Assembly (NCBI GenBank): GCA_031408455.1
Contig: JANNWF010000302.1
Coordinates: forward strand, 1 to 45,572
DNA from: Pseudoxanthomonas sp.
Lineage (GTDB): Bacteria; Pseudomonadota; Gammaproteobacteria; Xanthomonadales; Xanthomonadaceae
Direction: 5' to 3'
DNA: 45,572 bases
Shown here: in pieces, positions 17,916-26,788 of the stretch
How the letters are laid out: every line of letters starts with the position of its first letter
Numbering within the stretch: position 1 is the first letter of the stretch
The notes under the pieces: generated by a model
What the model saw: only the letters and a program-made list of their open reading frames with translations
What the model was told of the DNA's origin: nothing
The model's database searches: none
Position numbers and translations under genes: made by a program

Positions 17916-20672
17916 TCAATGCGCCTCATCCCAATTGCTGCCAGTGCCGACATCGACCACCAGTGGCACGCGCAAACTGGCAGAGGCCTGCATCAAGCCG
18001 CGTACCTCGGCACACAGCGTGTCGGAGAAGTCAGCATCCACCTCAAACACCAGCTCATCGTGGACCTGCATGATCATCAGCGCGCGTCCGGCATGCGGCA
18101 GCAGCCAGTCGTGCACGCGGCGCATGGCGATCTTGATGATGTCGGCGGCGGTGCCTTGCATCGGTGCGTTGATCGCTGCGCGCTCGGCGCCGGCGCGTTG
18201 CGCGGCGTTCCTAGAGTGGATTTCGACCAGTTGCAGACGACGCCCGAACACGGTTTCCACAAAGCCGCGCTCATGCGCGCTCTTGCGGGCAGCTTCCATA
18301 TAGCGGCGGACGCCGGGATAGCGCGAGAAATACAGGGCGATGTAGTCCTGCGCTTCGCCGCGCGAAATGCCCAGCTGTCGCGCCAGTCCAAATGCGCCCA
18401 TGCCATACATCAAGCCAAAATTGATGGCCTTGGCCGCGCGCCGTTGTTCGCCACTGACATCGGCGAGCGCGACTCCGAACACTTCCGCTGCGGTGGCGCG
18501 GTGCACGTCGAGCCCGCCGTCAAAGGCGGTCAACAAGTTCGGATCTTCGGACAGGTGCGCCATGATCCGCAGCTCGATCTGCGAGTAGTCGCAGGCAACG
18601 ATCCGCCGGCCCGGCGGGGCGACAAACGCGCGCCGAATGCGCCGGCCGTCTTCCGAACGAATCGGGATGTTCTGCAAGTTGGGATCGGTCGATGACAACC
18701 GTCCGGTGGCAGCACCGGCTTGGTGATAACTGGTGTGCACGCGGCCGGTGGTCGGGTTGATCATCTCCGGCAGCTTGTCGGTGTAGGTGCTGCGCAGCTT
18801 GGCCAAACCGCGATGGTCGAGAATCAATCGCGGCAATTCATGCAGCTCAGCTATCGCTTCCAGCGCTTCTTCGTTGGTGCTGGGTTGGCCGCTGGGCGTC
18901 TTGACGCCCGGCCGCAGCTTGAGCTCGTCAAACAGCAAGGCAGCCAGTTGTTTGGGCGAGTCGAGATTGAAGTGGCGACCGGCCACTTCAAACGCACGCT
19001 GTTGCGTCGCCAACATGCGTTTGCTCAAGTCCGCGCTTTGTCGACGCAGCTCGGCGGCATCGATCAGCACGCCGTTGGCTTCGATGGCGGTGAGCACCGG
19101 CACCAAGGGCATTTCGATCTCGCGATACACCCTCTCAAGCGTGGGTTCTGTGGCCAGCTTTTTTGCCAGTTCACACTGCAAGCGCAGGGTGATATCGGCG
19201 TCTTCGGCGGCGTATGCGGTGGCCTGTTCCAAGGCGACGTCGGCAAACGAAATCTGCTTGGCACCCTTGCCCGCCACATCTTCAAAGCGAATGGTTCGAT
19301 AGCCCAGATAGCGTTGCGCCAGCGAATCCATGTCGTGACGCTGACCCGCGGCTTGCCAGACCGCACTGGCCAGCATGCTGTCTTCCGCGTAGCCCGCAAC
19401 GTCGACGCCGTAACGCCGCAGCACATGCAGGTCGTACTTGCCGTGTTGGCCGAGCTTGGGTTTGCTGGGGTCGGTCAGCAGTGGCCGTAGCGCGTCCAGC
19501 ACGAGGGCCTGTTCAAGTTGTTTGGGCGCGCCTGGAAAACGGTGCGCGAGCGGGATATAGCAGGCGTGGCCGCTTTCAACCGCCAAACTGATGCCGACCA
19601 GATTGGCCTGCATGGCATCCAGCGCATCGGTTTCGGTATCAAACGAAATCAGTGGTGCGGCCTGCAGCCGCGCGATCCATTGATCGAGTTGCTCGCTGGT
19701 GAGTACGCACTGGTACTCGCCTTGACTGGCAAGCGTGGGATCCAGCGCGCCTGCATCGGTGCTGCCCGCCGCGACTGCGCCACGGCCTCGCGCACGGCCA
19801 GGCTCCGCCGCAGTCGTCTGCGTACGAGTGGGGCCTTCCAACTCCCGCAGCAACTGGTTGAAGCCATAACGCGTGTACAGATCGCGCAGCGCCGCCTGAT
19901 CGCGCTCGCGCAGGATCAGCGATTGCGGCGTCTCAGCCAAGGCCACATCGGTCTTGATCGTCACCAACTGCCGATTGAGCGGCAATCGGTCGACGGCCGC
20001 GCGCAAGTTCTCGCCGATCTTGCCGCCGATGTTGGTGGCATTAGCGATGACTGCGTCGAGGTCGCCGTATTCGGCCAGCCATTTCGCGGCGGTTTTGGGG
20101 CCGCATTTGTCGACGCCGGGCACGTTGTCGACGCTGTCACCCATCAAGGCCAGATAGTCGACGATCTGCTCAGGTCGCACGCCAAACTTCTCCACCACGC
20201 CAGCGTCATCCAGCGTGCTGCCGCTCATGGTGTTGACCAGGCGAATGCCGGGCCGTACTAACTGCGCGAAGTCTTTGTCGCTGGTAGAGATGACGACATC
20301 GATGGCTTGTGCATGCGCGGCCAGGGCTAGCGTGCCGATCACGTCGTCGGCCTCCACCCCGGACACGCGCAGGATCGGAAAGCCCAAGGCTCCGACGATG
20401 GCGAGCATGGGTTCGATTTGTGCGCGCAAGTCGTTGGGCATCGGCGGCCGATTGGCCTTGTATTCGGCGTACAGCTCGTCGCGAAAGGTGGGCCCCGAAG
20501 CATCCATCACGAAGGCTGCGCCGTCGGGCTTTTCCTTCAACGTCGTACGCAGCATGTTGACCACGCCAAACAGCGCCCCGGTCGGCTCACCCGCCGCATT
20601 GCTCAAAGGCGGCAGCGCGTGAAAGGCGCGATACAGATAACTGGAACCATCGATCAGTACGAGGCGTGACAT
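17916..20672 (-). CDS. polA: DNA polymerase I
   Basis: 918 aa. It has the 5'-3' exonuclease N-terminus (LIDGSSYLYRAFHA), a 3'-5' exonuclease region and a polymerase domain (DYSQIELRIMAH, QVHDELVFE). Confidence 0.97.
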   Translation of the reverse strand: MSRLVLIDGSSYLYRAFHALPPLSNAAGEPTGALFGVVNMLRTTLKEKPDGAAFVMDASGPTFRDELYAEYKANRPPMPNDLRAQIEPMLAIVGALGFPILRVSGVEADDVIGTLALAAHAQAIDVVISTSDKDFAQLVRPGIRLVNTMSGSTLDDAGVVEKFGVRPEQIVDYLALMGDSVDNVPGVDKCGPKTAAKWLAEYGDLDAVIANATNIGGKIGENLRAAVDRLPLNRQLVTIKTDVALAETPQSLILRERDQAALRDLYTRYGFNQLLRELEGPTRTQTTAAEPGRARGRGAVAAGSTDAGALDPTLASQGEYQCVLTSEQLDQWIARLQAAPLISFDTETDALDAMQANLVGISLAVESGHACYIPLAHRFPGAPKQLEQALVLDALRPLLTDPSKPKLGQHGKYDLHVLRRYGVDVAGYAEDSMLASAVWQAAGQRHDMDSLAQRYLGYRTIRFEDVAGKGAKQISFADVALEQATAYAAEDADITLRLQCELAKKLATEPTLERVYREIEMPLVPVLTAIEANGVLIDAAELRRQSADLSKRMLATQQRAFEVAGRHFNLDSPKQLAALLFDELKLRPGVKTPSGQPSTNEEALEAIAELHELPRLILDHRGLAKLRSTYTDKLPEMINPTTGRVHTSYHQAGAATGRLSSTDPNLQNIPIRSEDGRRIRRAFVAPPGRRIVACDYSQIELRIMAHLSEDPNLLTAFDGGLDVHRATAAEVFGVALADVSGEQRRAAKAINFGLMYGMGAFGLARQLGISRGEAQDYIALYFSRYPGVRRYMEAARKSAHERGFVETVFGRRLQLVEIHSRNAAQRAGAERAAINAPMQGTAADIIKIAMRRVHDWLLPHAGRALMIMQVHDELVFEVDADFSDTLCAEVRGLMQASASLRVPLVVDVGTGSNWDEAH

Positions 20673-20793
20673 ACGGTGTCAGGGCACAAAAGTGAATCGC
20701 GATTCTACCGCTGCGCCTGCGCGACACCGCGCAGACAGAGATCACTGCAAAGCGCTTGCTATCCTTTCTCAAAGCTCATCACGAAGGCGCGGC

Positions 20794-21135
20794 ATGACGA
20801 TCATTCGATTCACCCTGACTACGATGCTGCTTGCGGTGGCCGTGCCCGTGCTGGCGGCAGAGCCAGCCGCACTCCCACCCCCGCCGGATGAACCCGCGAT
20901 CATGGAGTTGCCACCGGAGCCCGGCGCCGCACCCACCGTGTCGATTCGTAAAATCGAAAACGGCGATGTGGTCGAGGAATATCGTCAAGATGGTCGCCTG
21001 ACTTCAATCAAGGTGCGGCCGCTACGAGGCCCGGCGTATACGGTGCACGACAGCAACGGCGACGGCCGGCTTGATCGCAAAGATGCTGAAGGCCCGGTCG
21101 CGCCGGTGTATTGGACCTTGTACGAGTGGGATTGA
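20794..21135 (+). CDS. Secreted DUF2782-like protein
   Basis: MTIIRFTLTTMLLAVAVPVLAAEP is a signal peptide. A Pro-rich stretch and VSIRKIENGDVVEEYRQDGRL follow. It is divergent from polA, as I recall for DUF2782 genes in pseudomonads. I prefer the ATG at 20794. Confidence 0.65.
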   Translation: MTIIRFTLTTMLLAVAVPVLAAEPAALPPPPDEPAIMELPPEPGAAPTVSIRKIENGDVVEEYRQDGRLTSIKVRPLRGPAYTVHDSNGDGRLDRKDAEGPVAPVYWTLYEWD

Positions 21136-21138
21136 GGC

Positions 21139-21609
21139 ATGTCGGCTGAGAGCAAACCTGCCGCTAATCGGCGTGTGGACAATGCAGTGGTGCGAACTCT
21201 GCACACCGATGCCGAGATCGATTCCGCGTGGCCCGTGGTCCACGAACTGCGACCGCATCTGGACCGTGATGCGCTGATCGCCGCGTGCAAGGCGCAACGC
21301 GCGGAGGGCTTTCTTGCCGCCGGTTTGTTTGTGGATGAGCGCTGCATCGGGTTTGCCGGCTACCGCATCCAAACCATGCTGGCACACGGTCGTTTTCTCT
21401 ACGTTGACGATCTAGTGGTGACTGAGTCGCTGCGTGGCTGCGGTGCTGGCGAGCAATTGTTGGACTGGCTGGAAGCCGCCGCTAAGGAAGCTGGTTGCGG
21501 ATCGCTGCAATTGGATTCCGGCACCCAACGCACCGGCGCGCATGCGTTCTATTTCCGCCGCGGGATGAAGATTTCTTCGTTCCACTTCAATCGCCCGCTG
21601 CCCACGTGA
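21139..21609 (+). CDS. GNAT family N-acetyltransferase
   Basis: 156 aa. LYVDDLVVTESLRGCGAGEQLLDWLEAAAKEAGC is a typical acetyl-CoA-binding motif A region. Confidence 0.85.
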   Translation: MSAESKPAANRRVDNAVVRTLHTDAEIDSAWPVVHELRPHLDRDALIAACKAQRAEGFLAAGLFVDERCIGFAGYRIQTMLAHGRFLYVDDLVVTESLRGCGAGEQLLDWLEAAAKEAGCGSLQLDSGTQRTGAHAFYFRRGMKISSFHFNRPLPT

Positions 21610-22133
21610 GCGAGGTGCCCGTGGCAGCAACGCCTGGGGCTGCTCAGAGCGGCTGGCTGGCTACTCCTTTCGCATGGCTGAAAGCAGCGCTCAACCTCGC
21701 CATGTTGGCCTTGGTGGCGCTCAGCTTTGCGCTGGTGGTGGCGCGCTACGCATTCGGCAACAGTTCGATCGCGGGTCAAGAGGCCTTGCAGTGGTTGAAC
21801 GCACTTTGTTTCATGTTGGGTGCGGTGTTGGCGGTTCGCCATGGCGGCCATGTGCGGGTGGATGTGATCTACGCGCGGCTGCCTCCGCGCCGGCAAGCCA
21901 TTATCGATTTGTTGGGAACTGCGCTGTTTCTGTTGCCCTTTGCCGGCTTCACGCTGTGGATCAGCCTCGACTACGTCGCCGTTAGCGTGGCCATGCGCGA
22001 GACCTCGCAAGAGTCTGGCGGCTTGCCGGCGGTGTATGCGCTGAAGGCACTGATTCCGATCACGGCGGCATTGCTTATCGCGCAAGGCGTGACTGAGCTG
22101 TGGTTGGCGTGGCAACGGCTGCGGACGAGTTAG
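21606..22133 (+). CDS. dctQ: TRAP transporter small permease subunit
   Basis: Four predicted TM segments and a DctQ-like RHGGHVRVDVIYARLPPR. The GTG at 21606 overlaps the GNAT stop (GTGA). The track start at 21495 would overlap the GNAT gene by 115 nt. Confidence 0.8.
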   Translation: MSEVPVAATPGAAQSGWLATPFAWLKAALNLAMLALVALSFALVVARYAFGNSSIAGQEALQWLNALCFMLGAVLAVRHGGHVRVDVIYARLPPRRQAIIDLLGTALFLLPFAGFTLWISLDYVAVSVAMRETSQESGGLPAVYALKALIPITAALLIAQGVTELWLAWQRLRTS

Positions 22134-22138
22134 CCGGC

Positions 22139-23515
22139 ATGCAAATTGCGTTGGTTTCGATGTTGATCCTGACCCTGGTGGCGGCGCTGATGGCCGGCTA
22201 TCCGGTGGCCTTCACCTTGGCCGGCGTGGCGCTGTTATTCGCGGCGATCGGGACGCTGGTCGGCGGCTTTGATGTGAGCTTGCTGCAGGCCTATCCCAAC
22301 CGCGTGTTCGGGATCATCAACAACGCGACACTGCTGGCCGTGCCCTTGTTCGTCTTCATGGGCGCGATGCTGGAGCGATCCAAGTTGGCGGCAGAAATGC
22401 TGGAAGCCGTCGCCGGCTTGTTTGGACAACGCCGCGGCGGCATCGCGGTGGCGGTGCTCCTGGTCGGCGCGCTGCTCGCCGCCTCGACCGGCATTGTCGG
22501 TGCCACCGTGGTGGCGATGGGCCTGATCGCCTTGCCGGTCATGCTGAGATATGGCTATTGCCCGCGCTTAGCCGCAGGCACCATCTGCGCGTCCGGCACC
22601 TTGGGGCAGATCATTCCGCCCTCGGTCATTCTGGTTTTGCTCGGCGACCAACTCGGCAGCGCCTATCAGCGCGCGCAACTCTCGCTTGGCAATTACAGCC
22701 CGCGGTCGGTGTCGGTGGGTGACTTGTTCGCCGGCGCGATGCTGCCGGGCATTGGGCTGGTCGTGCTGTATTTGATCTACGTGTTGTGGGTAGCGTGGCG
22801 ACAGCCCGAGCGCGCGCCTGCATTGCCCGCCGAGGCGTTGGCGCAACGCTCGCTGCGCAAGTTGCTCAACGCCTTGGTCCCCGCCCTGCTGCTGATGATC
22901 GCCGTGCTAGGCAGCATTCTGTCCGGCATTGCGACCCCGACCGAAGCCGCCGCCGTGGGCGCGGTCGGTGCGGTGTTGCACGCCTTGCTCACCCGGCGGC
23001 TGAGTATCAACATGCTGCGCGAAGTGTCCGAACAAACCGTCTCGATCACCGCGATGGTGTTTACCATCTTGCTCGGTGCTTCGTTGTTCGCGCTGGTGTT
23101 CCGTGGCCTCGGTGGCGACGAGTTGGTCCACGACGCGTTGACCGGCATGCCCGGTGGCCGCTTCGGCGCACTGATGGTGGTGATGCTGATCATGTTCGTG
23201 CTCGGTTTCATCATCGACTTCATCGAGATCGTGTTTGTGGTGGTGCCCATCGTCGCCCCGGTTTTGTTTGTGCTGGGCGTGGATCCGATATGGCTGGGCG
23301 TGATGATGGCGATCAACCTGCAAACCAGCTTCCTCACTCCGCCATTTGGTTTTGCCTTGTTCTACTTGAGCGGCGTCGCCCCGCCGGAGTTGCAGACCAA
23401 AGACGTGTATCGCGGCGTGATCCCCTTCATCGCCCTGCAATTGCTGATGCTGGTGATCTTGGCCTTGTGGCCGGAGCTGGCGACATGGTTGCCGGAGCTG
23501 TTGTATGGCGGGTGA
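22139..23515 (+). CDS. dctM: TRAP transporter large permease subunit
   Basis: ~458 aa polytopic membrane protein with DctM-like blocks (ATLLAVPLFVFMGAMLERS, GQIIPPSVILV). The ATG at 22139 follows the dctQ stop by 5 nt. Confidence 0.9.
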   Translation: MQIALVSMLILTLVAALMAGYPVAFTLAGVALLFAAIGTLVGGFDVSLLQAYPNRVFGIINNATLLAVPLFVFMGAMLERSKLAAEMLEAVAGLFGQRRGGIAVAVLLVGALLAASTGIVGATVVAMGLIALPVMLRYGYCPRLAAGTICASGTLGQIIPPSVILVLLGDQLGSAYQRAQLSLGNYSPRSVSVGDLFAGAMLPGIGLVVLYLIYVLWVAWRQPERAPALPAEALAQRSLRKLLNALVPALLLMIAVLGSILSGIATPTEAAAVGAVGAVLHALLTRRLSINMLREVSEQTVSITAMVFTILLGASLFALVFRGLGGDELVHDALTGMPGGRFGALMVVMLIMFVLGFIIDFIEIVFVVVPIVAPVLFVLGVDPIWLGVMMAINLQTSFLTPPFGFALFYLSGVAPPELQTKDVYRGVIPFIALQLLMLVILALWPELATWLPELLYGG

Positions 23516-23516
23516 T

Positions 23517-25487
23517 TCAATCGCGTGCGGACCGCCGCATGTCGCCTGAATTCGGCTCAGGCAAGCTCTCGACCAGCCGCTTTCCGAACCGCGCTTCGCC
23601 GGCCATCGACCAGTGATCGCCGTCGCTCCAATAGACCGAATTACAGTCGAACACATCGGACGCCGGGTCGAATCCCACCTGACGCACGCTCGAAAAGTAG
23701 TGGAACTTTCGCTGTTTTGACGCGTCAGCGAGGAACTCGTCGAGGCGCAGGAATCCGCGGTTGAGTTCGACGTTTAGGGTCGGCGTGCGTAAGTCGCACG
23801 CCAGCGCCAGTTTCACCACACGGACGATGTTCAAGTGCGGCTCCACGCGTGGGCCAATCCACGTCACGTCGATACGCTTTGCGAGTCCGTCCAAGTATTT
23901 GGTCAACCGCAGGATGGCCTGCGGGTTGGGCTCAAGGACTGGCACTGAACGGGCGCGAAGCGCTTCGCGGTCTATTTCGTTGCCACTGCCATCGATCAGC
24001 AGGTGATAGCCAGCAGTGGCGTAGAAAACCGCCTCCACTTGGTGATCGTGTTGTTCAACGAAGCGGATCAGCGCCTGTGCTGGCTCAGCATCCGGCCATT
24101 TGAATGGGCGGAGGGTGGGAGTGGAATACCCGATGACAAATGGCTGAATTGAGTTGCTGACGAAGGCGGCGTGAACGTCACCTGCGTGAGAATCGCCAGC
24201 GAACATGATTGCTCTGCCATGTTGCGCGGCACAGGCCTCGAAGCGTCGCTTAAAAGCGGAATCCAATGCGCCGACGACGAATTTGCAGCCCTCGTCGACG
24301 CGCGACTGCTGCCAGGAATGCCACATCGCCGATTGACGCGGGTCTAGCGTCGCCGTGAAAGCAGCGGCATTGCCAGCCGTGAAATGCAGCCAACCTCCCG
24401 CAATCATGAAAACCACCATGCCGACGATGCTCATGGCGAAAATCGATCCACGCGTGAATTGGCGACGGTTGCGGAACGGACGCTCCACGTATTTCCAGCT
24501 GAAAACCGACAGCAGCAAGGCAACGAATAGAATTGCCAGCACCTGCCACACGGTCAGCGGGCGCATGCTTTCGTAGCGCGCGAACGCGAGCAGCGGTTGG
24601 TGCCACAAGTAAAGGCTGTAACTGAGCAACCCGACCGCCACCAACGGCTTGCTCGCCAGCACGCGGCCGACGAAATTCGTCGGCCCCGCGCAAGCAATGA
24701 CCAGCGCGGTGCCAACCGTCGGCAGCAAGGCGTGCGGCCCGGGGAAAGGTGTGTGCCGGTCGAAGGTCAGGACTGCGAACGCGATCAACCCCACGCCCAG
24801 CGCACTGGCCAGCGCCGCTGCACGGCCCGATTGCAGGCGTTGCGCTGCTCGGTTCTGCAAGACGACAGCCAACACCGAGCCCAGCATCAGTTCCCACGCA
24901 CGGGTCTGCAACAGGAAGAATTTCGCGTGCGATTCGCCGAAATCGTGCAGTTCTGGTAGCACTAGGCTGCATGCGCCGATGAAGGTCAAGATCAGCGCGA
25001 CCCGGACGCGTCCAAATCGAGCGCACACCAATAGCAGCGCCGGGAACAGCAGGTAGTACTGCTCCTCAACCGCAAGGCTCCAAGTGTGCAGAAGCGGATT
25101 CAATTCAGCGGCAGCTTGAAAATATCCACTTTCGCGCAGCAGATGCACATTCGAGAGAAAGCTGACCACTGCGACCAATCCCTGGCCAAATTCTCGAAGG
25201 TCATTCGGTAGCAGCAGCCATGCTGGCAGCAGGCTGGCGAGGAGGACTAGATACAGGGCAGGCAGGATTCGACGCGCGCGCCGCTCGTAAAAACTCGCGA
25301 TGCTGAACGTGCTTGCGTCGAGTTCGGCGAGGATGATCGAGGTGATCAGATAGCCGCTGATGACGAAGAACACATCCACGCCAACAAACCCGCCACCGAA
25401 GGTCTGGAAGCCGCCGTGGAAGAGCAGCACGGGCACGACAGCGAGCGCGCGCAGCCCATCGATCTCGAGTCGGTAGGGCATCGTCAT
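23517..25487 (-). CDS. Acyltransferase family 3 (OafA/YrhL-like) membrane O-acyltransferase with C-terminal SGNH domain
   Basis: The N-terminus EIDGLRALAVVPVLLFH plus ~10 TM segments fits AT3. The C-terminal soluble part carries FAGDSHAGD (SGNH block I-like). Its stop codon lies 1 nt from the dctM stop. Confidence 0.85.
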   Translation of the reverse strand: MTMPYRLEIDGLRALAVVPVLLFHGGFQTFGGGFVGVDVFFVISGYLITSIILAELDASTFSIASFYERRARRILPALYLVLLASLLPAWLLLPNDLREFGQGLVAVVSFLSNVHLLRESGYFQAAAELNPLLHTWSLAVEEQYYLLFPALLLVCARFGRVRVALILTFIGACSLVLPELHDFGESHAKFFLLQTRAWELMLGSVLAVVLQNRAAQRLQSGRAAALASALGVGLIAFAVLTFDRHTPFPGPHALLPTVGTALVIACAGPTNFVGRVLASKPLVAVGLLSYSLYLWHQPLLAFARYESMRPLTVWQVLAILFVALLLSVFSWKYVERPFRNRRQFTRGSIFAMSIVGMVVFMIAGGWLHFTAGNAAAFTATLDPRQSAMWHSWQQSRVDEGCKFVVGALDSAFKRRFEACAAQHGRAIMFAGDSHAGDVHAAFVSNSIQPFVIGYSTPTLRPFKWPDAEPAQALIRFVEQHDHQVEAVFYATAGYHLLIDGSGNEIDREALRARSVPVLEPNPQAILRLTKYLDGLAKRIDVTWIGPRVEPHLNIVRVVKLALACDLRTPTLNVELNRGFLRLDEFLADASKQRKFHYFSSVRQVGFDPASDVFDCNSVYWSDGDHWSMAGEARFGKRLVESLPEPNSGDMRRSARD

Positions 25488-25493
25488 CGTGCG

Positions 25494-25742
25494 TCAGGCA
25501 GCAGATCGGCAATGGCTCGACCGCAGTTGCAGCACGCTTCTGGGTCGCTCCGACCAGCGGCCAGTGCGATCCTCCCGCAGCAACTGCAGAGCAACCCGAC
25601 CGTTATAAAATCCGGCCAAGCTCCGCGCGGGCGGGTCAATCCCCCTACCCAACTGCGTCGACAGCCCCTCACGGACCTTGTTCCTTGTGTGGCGGTCGAA
25701 GGCGTGCAGCATCGTCGGGCAAAGGTTGCAGTAGTACTTCAA
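25494..25742 (-). CDS. Hypothetical small protein (82 aa) directly upstream of the acyltransferase
   Basis: The ORF ends 6 nt before the acyltransferase start, and third-position G/C is high by hand count. It has a TTG start, no clear RBS and no family recognised (KYYCNLCPTMLHAFDRH...). Confidence 0.25.
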   Translation of the reverse strand: MKYYCNLCPTMLHAFDRHTRNKVREGLSTQLGRGIDPPARSLAGFYNGRVALQLLREDRTGRWSERPRSVLQLRSSHCRSAA

Positions 25743-25832
25743 AGTTGGGCAGGTCGAGAGCCGTTACCCTGAGTGTAAGCTGCGGGTGCATTCCATCAAC
25801 ACCGTGTACTCACGTGAGACACCGGTTTCACG

Positions 25833-25912
25833 AATTGCTGATGCTGGTGATTCTGGTGCTGCTGCCGGAGCCGGCAACGTGGGTGTCAGAGCTGTTGTAC
25901 GGCGGTTGATTC
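25833..25912 (+). pseudogene. Orphan duplicate of the last ~25 codons plus stop of dctM
   Basis: 25833-25912 aligns without gaps to 23439-23518 at about 65/80 nt by hand. It translates to LLMLVILVLLPEPATWVSELLYGG*, against LLMLVILALWPELATWLPELLYGG* in dctM. Similarity is lost upstream of 25833 and downstream of tgattc. Confidence 0.8.
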
Positions 25913-25986
25913 GAGCGAGGCAACATGGCAAACGTTGCATTTCGACCGTTCGCTCGGTTGCAGAAAGTACGTCCTAGACGCAGTGT

Positions 25987-26274
25987 TTGAACACGCTGAG
26001 CATCGTCGAAACGCCAACCATTGTTGTTGACGCTGATCGCATCTGGTCGGCAAGCGAGCGACTTGAGTTCTTTGCTTGGATCGCTGCAAATCCCGACACC
26101 AGCGATGTAATTTCTGGAAGCGGCGGGTGTCGGAAAGTTCGTTGGTCGCGTCCTGGCATGGGAAAGCGTGGTGGCGCCCGAGCCATTCATTTCGTACGCG
26201 CATCGGCCGGCGAACTTTGGATGTTGGTCGCTTATGCCAAAGCAGTGAAAGGCAGCATCCCGGTGACGTGCTGA
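25987..26274 (+). CDS. higB: HigB-2/RelE-fold type II toxin, probably C-terminally frameshifted
   Basis: FFAWIAANPDTSDVISGSGGCRKVRWSRPGMGKRGGARAIHF...LVAYAK matches the V. cholerae HigB-2 pattern (NP..GDVI.GTGGLRK.R...GKGKRGG.R.IY). It has a TTG start. The expected tail continues in another frame to 26303. Confidence 0.75.
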   Translation: MNTLSIVETPTIVVDADRIWSASERLEFFAWIAANPDTSDVISGSGGCRKVRWSRPGMGKRGGARAIHFVRASAGELWMLVAYAKAVKGSIPVTC

Positions 26275-26299
26275 AAGAGATCAAACGAGAGCTTGAGAA

Positions 26300-26605
26300 A
26301 TGAGCACGAAGAAGCAGAAGAAGGGAACTTCGGAGGCTGCCCTTTTGGGCATGAGATTGCTGCAGTCTGTCCGCGAGATGAAAGCCTGTGCCGCTGCGCG
26401 AGTCACGGAAGTTGCGGTAAACGAGATAGTGGCGGCCCGCCAAAGCACTGGGCTTTCGCAGGCGGAGTTCGCCCTAGCTCTGCAGATTTCCAAACGCACG
26501 CTACAGGAGTGGGAGCAAGGCCGCCGGTCGCCGTCGGGAGCTGCGCAAGCGCTCATCCGTATCGCGGTGCGTCATCCACACATTGTTCGTGAAGCAATAG
26601 GCTGA
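26300..26605 (+). CDS. higA: HigA-2-like XRE-family HTH antitoxin
   Basis: GLSQAEFALALQISKRTLQEWEQGRRSPSGAAQALIRIAVRHP is the characteristic HTH and C-terminal block. The ATG at 26300 overlaps the TGA (26301-26303) of the shifted toxin frame. Confidence 0.85.
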   Translation: MSTKKQKKGTSEAALLGMRLLQSVREMKACAAARVTEVAVNEIVAARQSTGLSQAEFALALQISKRTLQEWEQGRRSPSGAAQALIRIAVRHPHIVREAIG

Positions 26606-26623
26606 CGATCGTTGGTTGGAGGC

Positions 26624-26770
26624 TCACGTGATGGTCGGCGGCCTGCTGGAGACATAGAAGTGAGCGTCGGCGATCGAGCCGCGAATGTGCTCGGCGGCGG
26701 CGAATGCTTGCGGGCTAACGACGCGCTCCAGCAACGCTGCAAATTCCTCCCCGCCAGGCCGCGCGGGCAT
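26624..26770 (-). CDS. Possible 48-aa ORF or gene remnant just downstream of dctP
   Basis: MPARPGGEEFAALLERVVSPQAFAAAEHIRGSIADAHFYVSSRPPTIT starts 18 nt after the dctP stop. About 79 percent of third positions are G/C by hand count. It is below the ORF-track cutoff and I recognised no family. Confidence 0.2.
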   Translation of the reverse strand: MPARPGGEEFAALLERVVSPQAFAAAEHIRGSIADAHFYVSSRPPTIT

Positions 26771-26788
26771 GTCATTTCACCGGCCGGG

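Noticed and set aside
25809-25818. A perfect 10-bp palindrome, ctcacgtgag, next to the breakpoint of the dctM duplicate, considered as a possible recombination site.
   Set aside because: It is short enough to occur by chance. No second copy is seen at the other cassette boundary, so I can suggest no att-like function.
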